Assembly (NCBI GenBank): GCA_951406725.2
Contig: OX597825.1
Coordinates: 7,502,001 to 7,566,000 of the forward strand
Direction of reading: 5' to 3'
Length of the DNA: 64,000 bases
From: Octopus vulgaris
Lineage: Eukaryota
The notes under the pieces were generated by a model. The model searched no databases and was not told where the DNA came from. It was given only the letters and a program-made list of their open reading frames with translations. Every line of letters begins with the position of its first letter. The stretch's first letter is position 1. Positions 16,786 to 31,170 of the stretch are shown piece by piece. The position numbers were made by a program, and so were the translations under genes.

Positions 16786-17949
16786 CCTTTCTGCTATAGG
16801 CCCAAGACCTGCATTTTGAAACCGAAGCAGTTGGCAAGAATTTAATTGAAACAGAAATACTTTCTATCAATAATCCTCTCACTCTTCATTCTTACAATAG
16901 ATTTCACTGTGGACATGAAACAGAGAAAAACAGTTTCTCTCTCCTAGCTGCCGGATGGTGGAGTGGTGAACCATCCGATGAACTCGGTTTACAGCCGAAT
17001 CTGTCTAACACGTGACAACAGCTGTTCCATTTAACCACACAAATCAGAAAGCCTCAGACCGCGGAAACGTACTCTAATGGTTATGTTGTTCTAGGGTACC
17101 GCAATCAAGTACTACCTAATAGCGTAACAAAGGTTACGGAGTTGCTCACGAAACACTAGCTCTATATTATGACTACCAAATCACAAATTTGTGTAAGTTC
17201 ACAATAAACCTGGTGCTGTCGTAAATTCGCCGAGATTGACTATTCGGTTGATTGTTCTTTCGAAGTGTTATTTTTTTTTTTTACAAGTGACCGTCTTTGA
17301 TCTGTCCTCACAATAGATACCCTGGGTGGATGCACCACCACACGCGTTGTCCGGGTGGTAGAGACTTGTGATTGCTTCTTTATATACCAGATATTAGGCT
17401 TCATTTCTTTGTCTGCGATTGACCCCAAAACCGATGCCTCGTTAAAGAGGTGAGCTATGAAGAAAATATGCCTCATACGAATCAATTTCACCTTCTCCTT
17501 ATCCAGGATTTTCAATAAATCATTTCTTTATTATTGTCACGAGGGGCCATCGATGAAGGTTTTATGACAAGTGCCAATTGCAAAATAACGAGAGGTTTGC
17601 ACAGAATTGAGTTATTATAAACATGTATGTTACATTGAATAAACAGTGACAAGCAAACGTTGTTTGTATTTTATTGGAAGTAAAACCCAGTAAAGGTTAC
17701 AGAACAGACATAATAATGGAGAAAAGGTATCAACGAAAGCATGAACTATATAAAGAAATACCAGCGAATATTTGATTGCGAACAGTGAAATGCGAAGAAC
17801 ACGCTTCGTTGGGAAATATAGCCAGTAGTAGAGAAATATGAGTAGAGCAATAAAAATACAGTGTTGCGGTTGATCATTCCAGAAATTTTAGATTGAGTTT
17901 AAAGGACTTAGTGCCGTTCTTCTGGATCAGTAACCTTACACTAGATACT

Positions 17950-18550
17950 AGAAAAGAACCAACGAACTTAAAATAGATATAAATGCTACATGGCACGTAA
18001 TAAAATTGATGGAGCAGAAGCTATTATCTTGTACTCGGTGCTGTTGAAAAGTCAATATATACACCAGTAAAACTGTTTAGTTGGATATTTTTACTAGAAA
18101 ATTCTCAGGCATTTTAGAATGAAAGCCAGTTGTAAACGATAGCAATGTAATCTTACGAGCGTTGCCAAAAGCCAGTAAGTCTTATAAAATATAGACACCG
18201 AAAATGGCGGTATTGGAAAACCAAGATGATACCGTCTTTAAAACCTATAAACTATGTACTGTGGACTATGATTGATATCTCATGGCCTACAGACGGAAAT
18301 ATATTAATCTATGAGATTTAGCAATGTCTGTAGACAAAAATTCACTGAACGAAACAGGATAACGTGGGGGTCATCGAGCAAATATTTGTAGAAGTCGAAG
18401 TAGGAGGAATTTTAAATAATCGAAATAAATCAATAGGAATCCACTGAATTCCTATCGAAGTTGACCATGAGGAATATCATTTTAATGCTTGGATCAGTTT
18501 TGAAAGTGTCCATTAGCATCTGGAGAACGTTCTTTAGTTTGGAAAGAAAT
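17950..18550 (+). mobile_element. Possible ancient restriction-like-endonuclease LINE remnant
   Basis: Scattered translated pieces (TWH, TPKMAVLE, MIDISWPTDGNI, VEVEVGG) occur in the order expected for an RLE domain. The region is heavily degraded. Confidence 0.25.
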
Positions 18551-19223
18551 AGAGTGACATTTTAACTAGTATTTAAAACGGCTATTAATATGCATTTGGG
18601 AAAACACAGGCACTTGTTGTTCATCGGTTAAAATGACCATTGCTAATACTGGATATAACTAATGTAATTATTGATTGCTAAATATTTTGTTGCTGCTGTT
18701 GGTACTGTCGAGTAAGCCAGCCGAGAGCTGAATAAGTAAAGTTGAATGGAAAACGTGGATTAGCTAACTTAACGCGCTTCTCTTGCTTTAAGATTTAGGA
18801 CTTAGAGATTTGACTTTCTAAAGAAGGTAGGGATTCTCTTGTTGAATCATTGTGAGGTATTTCATAGCTGTTCTCTCTGTGAAGTTATAGTTTATGCACT
18901 TAAAACATTCATAGCGTTTATAAATATATTTTAGATATATAAATATACAATTGATGCTATAGCTAAAGAAGAACGAACAGAACTATCGTGAAAGGGATTT
19001 TCAAGTGTAATCACACCGTTCCTTGAAAGGTATGAAAGATTACACTTATTAATAAGTCTTTTCTTGAATTAAGATGGCAGATTATAATTATTATAAGGCA
19101 ACTTATCTGCTAATTCCTACAGACCGAACGGCCTTGCATAGATAATGTGTTGGCTCGAAGTGTGGAATTACGTTCCAAACATTGTTATCTGTTTCACACT
19201 TGCTTGTAGACTTGTTCTTTCAG

Positions 19224-19288
<65 letters not shown>

Positions 19289-19830
19289 GATCATTGGTGA
19301 TCATAAATCTTCCTGATAACAATCTGGCGACATTGTCAAATGTTTGTTGCTTTTCCTCTTTATAGATTCGTACCCAGTCATTCTAACTCGACCTCCGCGA
19401 AACATAAGCAAATATTATTAAGACTTGTTGGTTTAATAACCGATGTTGTTCATGTTCTTGTTGCCGTTCTAACAGTTGTTGATGGTGAAATGTAGAGATG
19501 ATGTCGTCGACAGCGATGCTGTTGTCATAGTCGGTCTTAACTACAGCTGTTATTCGGAACGTTGCTGTCTTTGGCAAAGATTTTGTTTCTCTTACCCATG
19601 TATTGGTTACGAATTTTTGTGTTAAGATTATAGACGTTGTTACAAAGACCCACATGCATGAACGCACATATGTATGCATATATATGTGTGCGTGTGTATG
19701 TGTGGTATATGTATATATATATATCTGTATATACATACATAAATACACACACATATATTATACATACATTCCTACACACAAACACCTACCCCACATATGT
19801 ATATATATGTATATATATATGTATATATAA

Positions 19831-19893
<63 letters not shown>

Positions 19894-20167
19894 TATGTAT
19901 ATAAATACATATATATATACATCTATGTATATAAATACATATATATATATACATGCACCTACATATTCTTTGTATTTTTTCGATTACAACGCTGTCTCTA
20001 ATATAATGTGACCTCCATTTTTTTAACCAAAAAATTAATAATATATTTTATCTTATTCCTTTTACAGACAAGTATAATGCTACCATTAATTTTAATCTTT
20101 ATAGCTTGAACTAAATTCCTTGTATTATACACGAGTAAATACGTCACATATATATATATATATATAC

Positions 20168-20223
<56 letters not shown>

Positions 20224-20699
20224 GTGTGTGTGCGTGTGTGTGTGTGTGTTCAGAGGGAAAGAGAAAAAGAGATTTAGAGAAAAAGCCAAATGTTTAAAAT
20301 TTGCTGGTAGTGGTACAGGAATGAGAGAAATCCAGTGAGCTCAATCAATATATATATAGTTGATGATTTGAGCGAGTCTATATGATGGCTAGAGAGAGAT
20401 AGATAGATAGATAGTGAGAGAGACAGAGAGAACGAGTGGAAAAGGAGAGTTTATGTGAGAGAGAGAGAGGGGGAAAGAGAGATCAAGTGGAGGGAGTACT
20501 AATTCCTTTACTCTGATTTTTGGGTAGTGCCAGCCAGAAATCACATTATTGAGAAATGTGATTTGATAAGAAAGAGAATATTGGAGATAAAATATATAAA
20601 TGGGAGACATGAGGGTTAGAGAGAGAAAGAGAGAGATATTAGGGGGAGGGAGTAGAGCGAAGCTGGTGATATTTGCTTGGATGGGGGTATCATTTGATT

Positions 20700-20778
<79 letters not shown>

Positions 20779-21064
20779 TTATCGCGAAAACTAGTGTGAC
20801 CGAATTTGGAATGTGAAGTGAAAACTGGATGAAAATTAATGTATTAGACGGGAGATTCGTTATGCCTTCGTCCGGTCAATTGTATCAACGATTCACACCG
20901 AACTGCTTCAACTTGGTGCTCGGCGAAGCGCAGGGAAAATGGTTGAGAGGCGTAACATCGTTATACAGGAGTCTACTAAGTTGGTACTTGTTCATGGGAA
21001 AAACTGAAAGACAATGGAGGAGATTATACCGAAGAGCAGAAAAGAGAGATAGATAGATTAAATC

Positions 21065-21126
<62 letters not shown>

Positions 21127-21250
21127 GATAGAGAGAGAGAGAGAAATGGGAAAATGAGAGTGTTTAATTTTAAAGAATGACACAAAGCGGTGGTGGATGG
21201 ATTGATGGATGAATGAAGACACATGAACGAAAATGAATCGATCAAATATA

Positions 21251-21975
21251 TTGGGTCATCCCATAAATAATGCGGTTTTGTCAAGTACATGAACTAAAAG
21301 TCGGAGCGGGGCGGAATAAACTACCTGCATCAACTTTCTATAAAAGTAGGTAGTAATTTTACCTTGTGCTTATTCTTAGTGAAAGTTTTGAAGAGTGCAG
21401 TTCGATTTTAACAGTTATTTTTTCAAAGCTATAATGGAAGTGACAAAGGAACATATTTGGCATATTTTGCTTTAAGAGTTCAATAAAGGCAACAACGCGA
21501 CGGAAAATGCGAGGAATATTGTTGCAGTATATGGAGATCGGACAATAACTGTAAGCCTGTGTCAGTTCCAGAAATTCTGAGCCGGAAACTGCAGCCTAGA
21601 AGACAAGCTTCGTCCTGGAACATCTGTAGAGTACGATGAGGACATCCTGCAAACCCTGGTGGAACAAAATCCCATCGTAACTGTTGAGGAACTACTAGAG
21701 AAGCTTGGATTTGGTCATTCGACCAGTCATTGACGCTTGAATGCTATCGGAAGAGTCAGCAAATTGGGTCAATGGGTTCTATGTAAAAATGTCAAGTGCT
21801 GAGGACAGTAGATATGGAAAGGAGAAACAACAGCACCCCAAGGTAAAGGTCTCACCCACGTAAGGTGTTATCTGTTTGGTGGGATATGAAAGGTTTAGTC
21901 CACTTTGAAATTTTAAACCGAAACCAAACGATAACAGAGAACTACTGCGTGTAAGTTGAGGGGCTTAAGTCAGAT
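21251..21975 (+). mobile_element. Defective mariner transposon (left end plus internally deleted transposase pseudogene)
   Basis: TA followed by TTGGGTCATCCCATAAATAATGCG is TIR-like. From 21434 it reads MEVTKEHIWHILL*EFNKGNNA...SLEDKLRPG...RVSKLGQWV, then HPRKVLSVWWDMKGLVHFEIL, with stops and frameshifts. Confidence 0.88.
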
Positions 21976-22009
21976 CTATATCAAAATAATAATCTTTTCT
22001 ACTGAAGAC

Positions 22010-22090
22010 ACAAGGCTCGACACTAGTACGCAACTGGTACTTAATTTTTCCACCCCGAAAAGATGAAAGGCAAACGCGACCTCAGCGGAA
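22010..22090 (-). mobile_element. SINE family A fragment
   Basis: GCAACTGGTACTTAATTT..CCCCGAAAAGATGAAAGGCAAA matches the family A central domain. Confidence 0.7.
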
Positions 22091-22673
22091 TATAATAATA
22101 CTGTACATACTGAAGTGATATTGAAGCAGTGTGTGTATTACTCTCATTGTTTGCGTAATGACCCTCCCAAGAAATGTGTATAGAGAAATGTGTATAGAGT
22201 ATGTATTAATGTCATATATATCGTGGCGCACACTGTTAAAGACCTTGTCCATACGTGAAGCCGGTCAATCGCTCGCTTGGATTTTATCATTCGTCACCAA
22301 AAGTTAAGGATGTGATCTCCATTTATATCGGACATCTGACACGTAACATTTAATAAGGACCCTGATGGTGTATTTACTTATACGACTATGTTCTGCTATA
22401 GGTAAAAAAAAAAAAAGTAACTACTGTGAATGACGACCAGGTCTTGTATCTATTTACAAGCGATCTATACGGAAATAGGGAACGTTTTAAGGGGTCTGTA
22501 AGGTATCAGTTTCCATCCTCTTATATTTGGTTCGGTGTCACTGGAAAGTGAAAGTAGAAAGGTAAAATGTTAGATAAGATATGATGGAGAGTGGAAAGCG
22601 ATGCAAAACATGAGAAGTGGGTGAATACATAGTCTTTTGAAGTGTTGTGTGTGCATATGTGCCTCTGTATGCC

Positions 22674-22704
<31 letters not shown>

Positions 22705-23110
22705 AGTGAAGCCAGGCATAAATATGTTATGCTGCGCCTGATAATAATCCTAGCCTCTTTCTTCTTGAAACGAGGCTGCACCAAAATCTATGCAACACAA
22801 ATAGCAACAGATCTGAAATAAAATATGTAAAGAGTTTTGTGTGTAGATTATGTAAGGAAGGTTACATAATCGATTTTGGTAAACTGTTGTAATTCTATCG
22901 TAGAAATTTATATACATATATGTAGTGAATGTTGGCAGTTTAGGAGGTGGGTGTGTCGCTGTCTGTGAGTGATGTGGGAAGCAAGCGGAAAGCGAAAGGG
23001 ACAGAAAGAGAGAGAGCGAGAGAGAGAGGAGCGTACGGATGGTAGATATATGTATTAGATGACTATACAAATTATATAAAGATGTGTATGCGTGTATGTG
23101 TGTGTGTCTA

Positions 23111-23150
<40 letters not shown>

Positions 23151-23174
23151 TGTGTGTATATATATATATAAATA

Positions 23175-23222
<48 letters not shown>

Positions 23223-25265
23223 CATACATACATACATATATATATCTCAACAGATACAGGAAACGCGTATACACTTGTATGTAATATGTATACACACACA
23301 CACATGCGTATATACATATATACACATACATCCATATACATGGCAGCAGAACGATTATATAAACGTACGTCTATATGAATTTGCGCATGTATGAATATAT
23401 CTATGTATACATGTATATGTGTTTGTACATACGTGTGTGTGCGCGTGTGTGTGTGTGGTATGTTCGAATGTATGTGTGTGAGTATATGTCCGCCTGTTTG
23501 TATATGACTATGCGACTGTATGTATATGTGTGTGTGTGCGTGTGGTAGGGGGTATTTGTATTGTCTTCTGATGACATCAATGCTCATGGGAAACGCATGT
23601 ACGCCAACCATTCTATTGCTGGTCTCTCAAGAAGTCTGCAAGCCTAATCATCATTGATTAATTTCGGAGAGAGAAGAACACTAAAGATTCCACTCGCTCA
23701 TCCTATTCCTTTCTCTCTCTTTGGCTCACTCGTTTTGGTTTTGTCTTGTAAATGTTATGTTTTCCATTTTGTATTGGTTTGCATTTCAGTTTTCATATTG
23801 TAATCTAGTTTAACATTTATTCCTGTTTTAATATATAATCTCTTGTTAATGTACATGGAGCTAACATATACGTGCGTATAGGTGTGTGTAAGTGTGCGAA
23901 TTTACACACACACACGCATACACACACATATATATATATTTATGTACATATAAACACATGTATATATGTACAGTTATGTATATAAATATATTCATACGTG
24001 CACATGCATACTACATATACATACATATATACACATACACACATGTATATACGTATACATGTATAAATGTATGTATGTATGTATGTATACAATTGAAATG
24101 CGGTTCGGTCGGATCTGCCAAACGTGAGTGTTTGTCGATTAACAGGAATTGGTTTATAAGTGGCTGAATATTCCCCAGACAAGCGCACCTTTAATGTAAT
24201 TTTAAGGCAGCGCCATACGACATTGGTTAGAATATTTAATTGTTTCGAAGATAAAACTGAAGCCAAATGTTCTGTAATGCTGTTTACCGAATCAAATATG
24301 TATCTTCTCCAAGTTTATCTCTCCTCTAAGCCAGACATCTTTAAGAGTATGTTCGATTCGGTAACAAGCCAATGGTGATAGGGGGTTGCTTAGATTCACA
24401 GCTGAAACTATTCAATATCTTATCAACCATCGCTGTTAAATGCCAACCCCCCAATGGAATTTGAACTCATAACTAAGGGGGAGAGAAGTGAACATCGAAG
24501 TATTTAGACCAGTACATTGCTAATAATATTTCCTGCTCACCGTTCTTCTCAACGCTGTTCAAGATTGCTGGCATTTCGCATATATAATGTTTTCATTCTA
24601 CTTTAACGGCTACTAAAACAAACTTTCCGACATTGCTTAAATTACGATTACTCTTCTCATAAAGTAAAACAAACAAGATACGCAGACATAAGACATTCCT
24701 TCTCTCACTTGCTTCCAACACACACACGCGCGCACGCATAGAGTTGTAGTACTGCCTCCACTTATCATCGTGGCGAAGATCCAGGTGAAAAATATTAAGT
24801 GTGAAGGAATGGATCGTTCCTTTTATTTTTCTTTTCTTAACTGATGGCGGTCGACTTCCGCCGACATCGTGAGTTGATTTATATCACCTCCTTGACACCT
24901 TTTTACTACTGAAAAGTGAAAAAGAAGAACAAAATACCTAAAAATATTAATAAAACATATTAACATACTTGGAAGAAAATGGATTGAAGAAGCCACTTCT
25001 TGTTTTTTTCCTTCCCAGGAGAATAATGTTTAACATTGGCACAAGGCCAAAAATATTTATAAGGGGTTGAGAGTTAAATGGATTGATAATGATGGTATAT
25101 GTAGTCCTTTTATTAAACCGAGGGCGTTGAAAGATGAACCGGATCCCTGCTGGGCTTGAACGTGTATAGAATTTGCAGAATCATAGCTGAATATTGTTCG
25201 CGCACCTTGCCACTTATTTGCCATTCCGTGTTTCCTCTATAGAACTATTCATTACACACATAAAC

Positions 25266-25517
25266 CAGTGGTTCTCAAAGTAGGCGGTACAACCCCCTTC
25301 GAGGCGGGGGAGAGATCCAGAGGGACATTGAAGTGGGGGTAATAATGGGGTGACCAAAAGGGGGCAATGGAGGTAAAGAAATGAAAATAATGGGTTAATT
25401 AGGTTACGTTTTGTGAAATTTGTTTTGAATTTGCTGTAGAAAATCGTCTATGTCTGTGGTGGTGAGATTCTAAGAATGTGGGAACGGCAGCCTGAAAAAA
25501 ACCTGAGGGAGGCACTG
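25266..25517. mobile_element. Degenerate hAT/Charlie-type MITE
   Basis: Starts with CAGTGGTTCTCAAAG and ends with GAGGCACTG. The right TIR and TSD are poorly preserved. Confidence 0.4.
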
Positions 25518-26441
25518 ATATAAGTGAATGGGTAGGTATAGTTTATTGGAGCGAACCCTATATATGGTATTTACTTTTCCGACCCAGGGATTATGAGGAG
25601 CAAACTCTATCAAGACGTTGCGACCTAAGTAAATTCCACCAGGAATCATTTTCTTCAGATGTTCAACTCACTTTCATATTCTCCACTCCTCCATTATAAA
25701 CAATAAGGATATCTAACGAAGACTATTACATCAAATATTGAAGGTGGGAGTAGATCCTATTGTATTTTTTTTTGTCCAATTCTTAATGAGTGAAACTTGT
25801 TTTATCGATTTTAAAAGGATAAAAATCAAAAACAACCACGTAAAATTTTCAAATGAGAATCTAAAAATATTTGACAAAATAGCGTAAAACCGAACCTGCT
25901 AATTCATATTCTGCAGAATAGTACTGACATGAACCGGATTTTAGAGGTGAACCTGCTGAGAATGTGAAGAAACTTCATAATTTCTGAATCGTATAAAAAT
26001 GTCCATTTGGGAGAAAAAGACATTATTGTGAATATATTTTAATGAAGCACAGAAAACCGGCGTAAGCTGTTGGTATTTTGCTTTCGCAGCACCATAGAAA
26101 TGTGCATTAATACATACTTACACAGACACACAAACACGCATATATAGCATTTCACGTGTGTACAATTAGATGTACGACTGTTAGTGGAGATTTTCAAGCT
26201 CCATGAAGAATGTCATTATCCAACGGATTTTCAGTATAGCGTTGCGGTTACAACTGTGCTTGGCAACATTATGGCTCTGAGATACAGAACAAGCGTAGAA
26301 AAGATATAACAAACACACATATGTTTATCATACTTTCCACAAATACACACACACATATGTATATACACGCTCACTCATACACACAAAGACACACACAAAC
26401 AGATACGTATATATCAGCATATATATATATAAACGGCAAAA

Positions 26442-26662
26442 GGTGGCGAGCTGACAGAATCGTTAGCATGCCAGGCGAAATGCGTAGCCGTATTTCGTCT
26501 GCCGTTACGTTCTGAGTTCAAATTCCGCCGAGGTCGACTTTGCCTTTCATCCTTTCGGGGTCGATAAATAAAGAACCAGTTACGCACTGGGGCCGATGTA
26601 ATCGACTTAATCCGTTTGTCTGTCTCCTCTATGTTTAGCCCCTTGTGGGTAGTAAAGAAATA
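26442..26662 (+). mobile_element. SINE family A, near full length
   Basis: A-box-like TGACAGAATCG, B-box-like GTTCAAATTCC, central GCCTTTCATCCTTTCGGGGTCGATAAA domain and tail CCCCTTGTGGGTAGTAAAGAAATA. Confidence 0.9.
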
Positions 26663-27628
26663 TATATATAAAGGCATATATTTGTATGTGGCTATTTATA
26701 CATGTGTGTATTTACGAATATCCGCGTGTGTGTGTGCTATGCTATATAACAGAACGTAACCGTGGGTTTGAGCAAAGAATGTGTGTGTGAATTCAACTTC
26801 GTTACATGCAGTGTGCAATTCTAAAGATTCTTCTTTACGAAACAAAATCAATGTGGGCAGAAAGTGAGGGATCAGTAAATGAAACTTCAATATTCCTTGA
26901 AATTTCATCTTTAATCGACAATACTTGGTATGTTTCGTAGCTTCTGATCACTTCAACAACCAACACTAGTAATGTACCAGCAATTATATGCAGACTAAAC
27001 ATACACGGTGATTGCTCCATCTTTACACTTGAGTGCCTTCTTTTTCTTCCTCGTTGTCAAAGGCCTTTCTGCCTTTCCATCCAGGACCTCTCTAATGACT
27101 ATTCAGCCCCTTTGAAGATCTGCACGTTTTGAAGCATCGATGACTAACGACAGTTGTAAGCTACTGTGCCCTTCCGACCGGTTTGGTCTGCACACGAGGT
27201 CTTCCAGGAGATGGAGGGACAAAAGGGTTTACCAGGTCACTGAATAATAATGATAAATGGTTGTACAACAGAAATAAGATTCTCTTAGCGTCTGTGATTA
27301 TTATTTAGTGACAGGTGAAAACTAGGTGGTCAGTAATCACGTGAAACTGCACCTGAAGGATGCTGTGACAACTGCTAGGGGACCCTCACCCTCGGTGGTC
27401 TTTCTGCCCTTCGTTACGCCAACCAAGAGCATTTCCGTATCCCTGCGCTCAAATGGATTGTCATCACACATGGTTGTTAACCGATAGGTGGAATGATGAC
27501 AGGTGTTATTACTCTGGATCAGAGTAAGCTTCGGTAGAATTATGACCAAGAGGTGGTTGCTCACTCTTCAAGACACTGAAACTGCCAAACCAGAGCACCG
27601 CTACATACATACAGTGTGTGTGTGTGTG

Positions 27629-27667
<39 letters not shown>

Positions 27668-27836
27668 CAAACAAACAGACTGACATAAATAAATATATAA
27701 ACGCATTTGCAAATACAAACATATAGGCATGTATCTCTTTTTGTCTCTTCCTCTCTCGATAAAGAGATAGATAGAGAGATAGAGAGAAATAAAGAAATAG
27801 ATACAGAGTGATAGAGAGATAGATAGAGAGACAGAG

Positions 27837-27915
<79 letters not shown>

Positions 27916-29666
27916 GATAGATAGAGAGAGAGCTAGAGAAAGATAGACAGACAGACATATAGATGGACAGATATATGGAGACAGATAGACAGACAGACAG
28001 ATAGATAGACAGACAGATAAACAAATAGTTAGACAGACAGATAGACAGACAGATAGTTAGATAGAGAGATAGATAGCTAGATCTATAAGCATTCAGAAGC
28101 ACTCACACACACACAAACCTATTTGTAAAGTTTCTGCCATTGGGAGAAAGTTTGCCGACCTTTCAGCGAAAGTCTTTCATCGGAAATAAAAGTTTCAAAC
28201 ACAATACACAAATATATTAGTTACCTAAATGAGAGAATGAAAGGAAGCGTGGGATGGAGAGAGAGAACGAGAGCGAGAGAGAGAAAACGAGAGGAAGGAA
28301 AAAAGAAGGAGAGAGAAAGGGAGAAAGAATGGTGAGATTGAATGGAACCATTTTCTGTTTCTGTAACTACCTTTTACTCTGTGAATACAAATTGCTTCCT
28401 TTTGATAATTGGTCTCTTGCTTGCATATTGAGACGTGTTTGATTTTTAAATGTATTCTTTTGCAGTTCTCCGAGATTGAAAAGTAAATAACATAATAACA
28501 GGGAACTAGAAATATGAAACATAGAAATAATCACACACACACACGGACACACACGCACACACACACACATGGACACACACACGCACACACACACACACTG
28601 GTGCGCGCGAGTCCATTTTTAGCATCTATTCGTAAATATTCGCTGCTTATATTTCAGTTGGTTCAAGGAAAAACGGACAATGAAAGGAAATTGATGGGAA
28701 ATGATAAGCCATTTGCAGTCGCGGAGCGTAAGCTGCTGTAAATAAGCCAAACAGTCATACGAAAAGGAAAGTGGATTCGTCACGTGACCAGCTTAACTCT
28801 AGCAAACAGAAAAAGCGGTAGGAAGTTTAATGGCGTGAGTTTGTATGGTGTCTGACACCGGAGTTTAAACTTTCGCTGACCTTTCCTGAAGGAAGTCTTG
28901 TATCTACAAGACAGCAAAGGGAATTAAGACAATATCTTAAATAGAAGAAAACCAGGAAACTTTCTTCGAAAGTGATTTAAACAGATTTGACCTGAAATGA
29001 CCTGATCGCAGATTCGCCAGTTGATACCGTCAGATATTTTGATGCCGACATTGTATTGGTCCATATTGGTTATTGTCATTAACACTGATACATATCTAGA
29101 GACAGAAACCCTATATTTGAGATTATTTCAATGAATTATAATATTTATATTGTTATCTTTTTGTTCCAAGTCAGCTCTAATCAAGCAGATTTATGATGAA
29201 AGGCATTCCAACTACTGCTATTATTTGCCTCTCCGGCACAGTGTACGTCGAACCACATTATACGGTATGCTGTTTTTCAGGTAGATATGACTTGAAAATG
29301 ACTGCTATTTCTTGCCGATCGAGTGACCATGTCTAAGATTCTCCGTTGGCTTGTTGACATTCAAGTGTTACGCAATATTAATAGCAGCGAAACAATTTCC
29401 ACCGGAAATCAAAATCTTGTCAAGTTATCAGGAAGTTTGCCGTTTCACCATTGAAAGCGTTTCGTGGTACTTTAAAGAATAGTAAATAGTTTTCTTCTTT
29501 CTTTTTCTGGGGCCCAAATGTCACATCTTGTAAAAAGGGCTTAGCTGTGGTGGAAACGATCCCTTACATCATTAGAATTTATTTTAAAGCCCACGAAAAT
29601 ATCGAAGGTGAATTAGAACTCTGAATGGTATAAACTTCAGGGAATAAAAGATGAAACTAAATATTC

Positions 29667-30244
29667 TTTTTTACTCTAGGCTCAAGGTCCGAAATTTTTG
29701 GGGAGGGGACCAGTCGATGAGATCGACCTCAGTAGGCAACTGGTACTTAATTTATCGACCTCGAAAGATTGAAAGGCAAAGTCGACCTCGGCGGAATTTG
29801 AACTCAACATAAAGCAAAACAAAATACCTATTTCTTTACTACCCACAAGGGGCTAAACACAGAGGGGACAGACAAGGACAGACAAACGGATTAAGTTATT
29901 TATATCGACCCCAGTTTGTAACTGGTACTTATTTAATCGACCCCTAAAGGATGAAAGGCAAAATCGACCTCGGCGGAATTTGAACTCAAAACCTAAAGTC
30001 AGACGAAATACCTATTTCTTTACTACCCACAAGGGGCTAAACACAGAGAGGACAAACAAGGACAGATAAACGGATTAAGCCGATAATATCGACCCTAGTG
30101 CGTAACTGGTACTTATTTAATCGACCCCCGAAAGGATGAAAAGCAAAGTCGACCTCGGCCGAATTTGAACTCAGAACGTAGCGGCAGACGAAATACCGCT
30201 ACGCATTTCCCCCAGCGTATTAACATTTCTGCCAGCTCGCCGCC
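29667..30244 (-). mobile_element. Head-to-tail trimer of SINE family A inside one target-site duplication
   Basis: Three units with a period of about 184 bp; only the unit starting at 30244 has a full head. Flanked by ATGAAACTAAATATTC (29651-29666) and ATGAAAGTAAACATTC (30248-30263). Confidence 0.88.
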
Positions 30245-31170
30245 TTAATGAAAGTAAACATTCTAATGCCCCTAGCTTGCTGTGTTTTTTCTTACTTCTC
30301 CTTAATATTACAACCATTTTCCTTCTTTGAGAAAATTGCTATATATTGTCGAAGGTTGTGTCTATGGTTCCGGCTGTGTATTCTTCCATAGGTAACTTGG
30401 CCTTTATCTCTCTCCAACCCCATTCATAAATGTTTGTTATACGATAACTAGCTTAACGAGTTGTAGAAGCTCTTCACAGAAAAATACCGAACTGGAACTT
30501 GTGTAAAAGAAATATTACAAGATCCTGTGAGTAAATGCGCCTAATACGTTTGCGCCTTGTGTCTGTGGAGTTATAACAGAATTAGTACCAGGAATACTTT
30601 CGGCAAGATTCAATTGACTATACACTTGTCTTATAGAAATTAGCTTTATACTTAGGCCAAAAGAAATCAATATTACTTTAAGATCAATTATTATTTCTCT
30701 CCTTTCGTGACATCAAAGAACTAATGCTAATATAATTGAAACCAGTTGGGAAGTTTATTTTCTTTTTCCATTGAAGCAACCTATAAAAGAAGATGTCAAA
30801 TTTGGTCAATAAATGCTTTATCGTTGATTCTCAGAGACTCAAACTGTCTGGGAATAATCATTTTAATGTCAATATGTTCGAGCCACACCCTGCCTTTTAT
30901 AGCATCCGTCTACTTTGAAGAATATTACACATGTCGAAGAAAACTGAAGAAATCTACTATAGACATTTAGTGTAAATCAATGCCTACTAATTTCACAGTG
31001 TGTGTCCATAGCACCCGAAAGATACGGGGTTCGAATTTTTATCAGTGTTGGGGTCCGTTGTTCTGATTCGGTAATTTTTTGTAAACAAGAGATTACGAAG
31101 TGATTGAGGGTTGAATTGTTATTTGATTAGTTACCCCGGCTCAAACCATTTTTCTGTGATTAGCCTAAAG

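Noticed and set aside
23560-23610. CTGATGA...GAAAC-GCAT-GTA hammerhead-like string
   Set aside because: Stem II is weak and stem I cannot be formed.
28777-28790. GTCACGTGAC E-box/CLEAR palindrome
   Set aside because: A single short motif with no promoter context.
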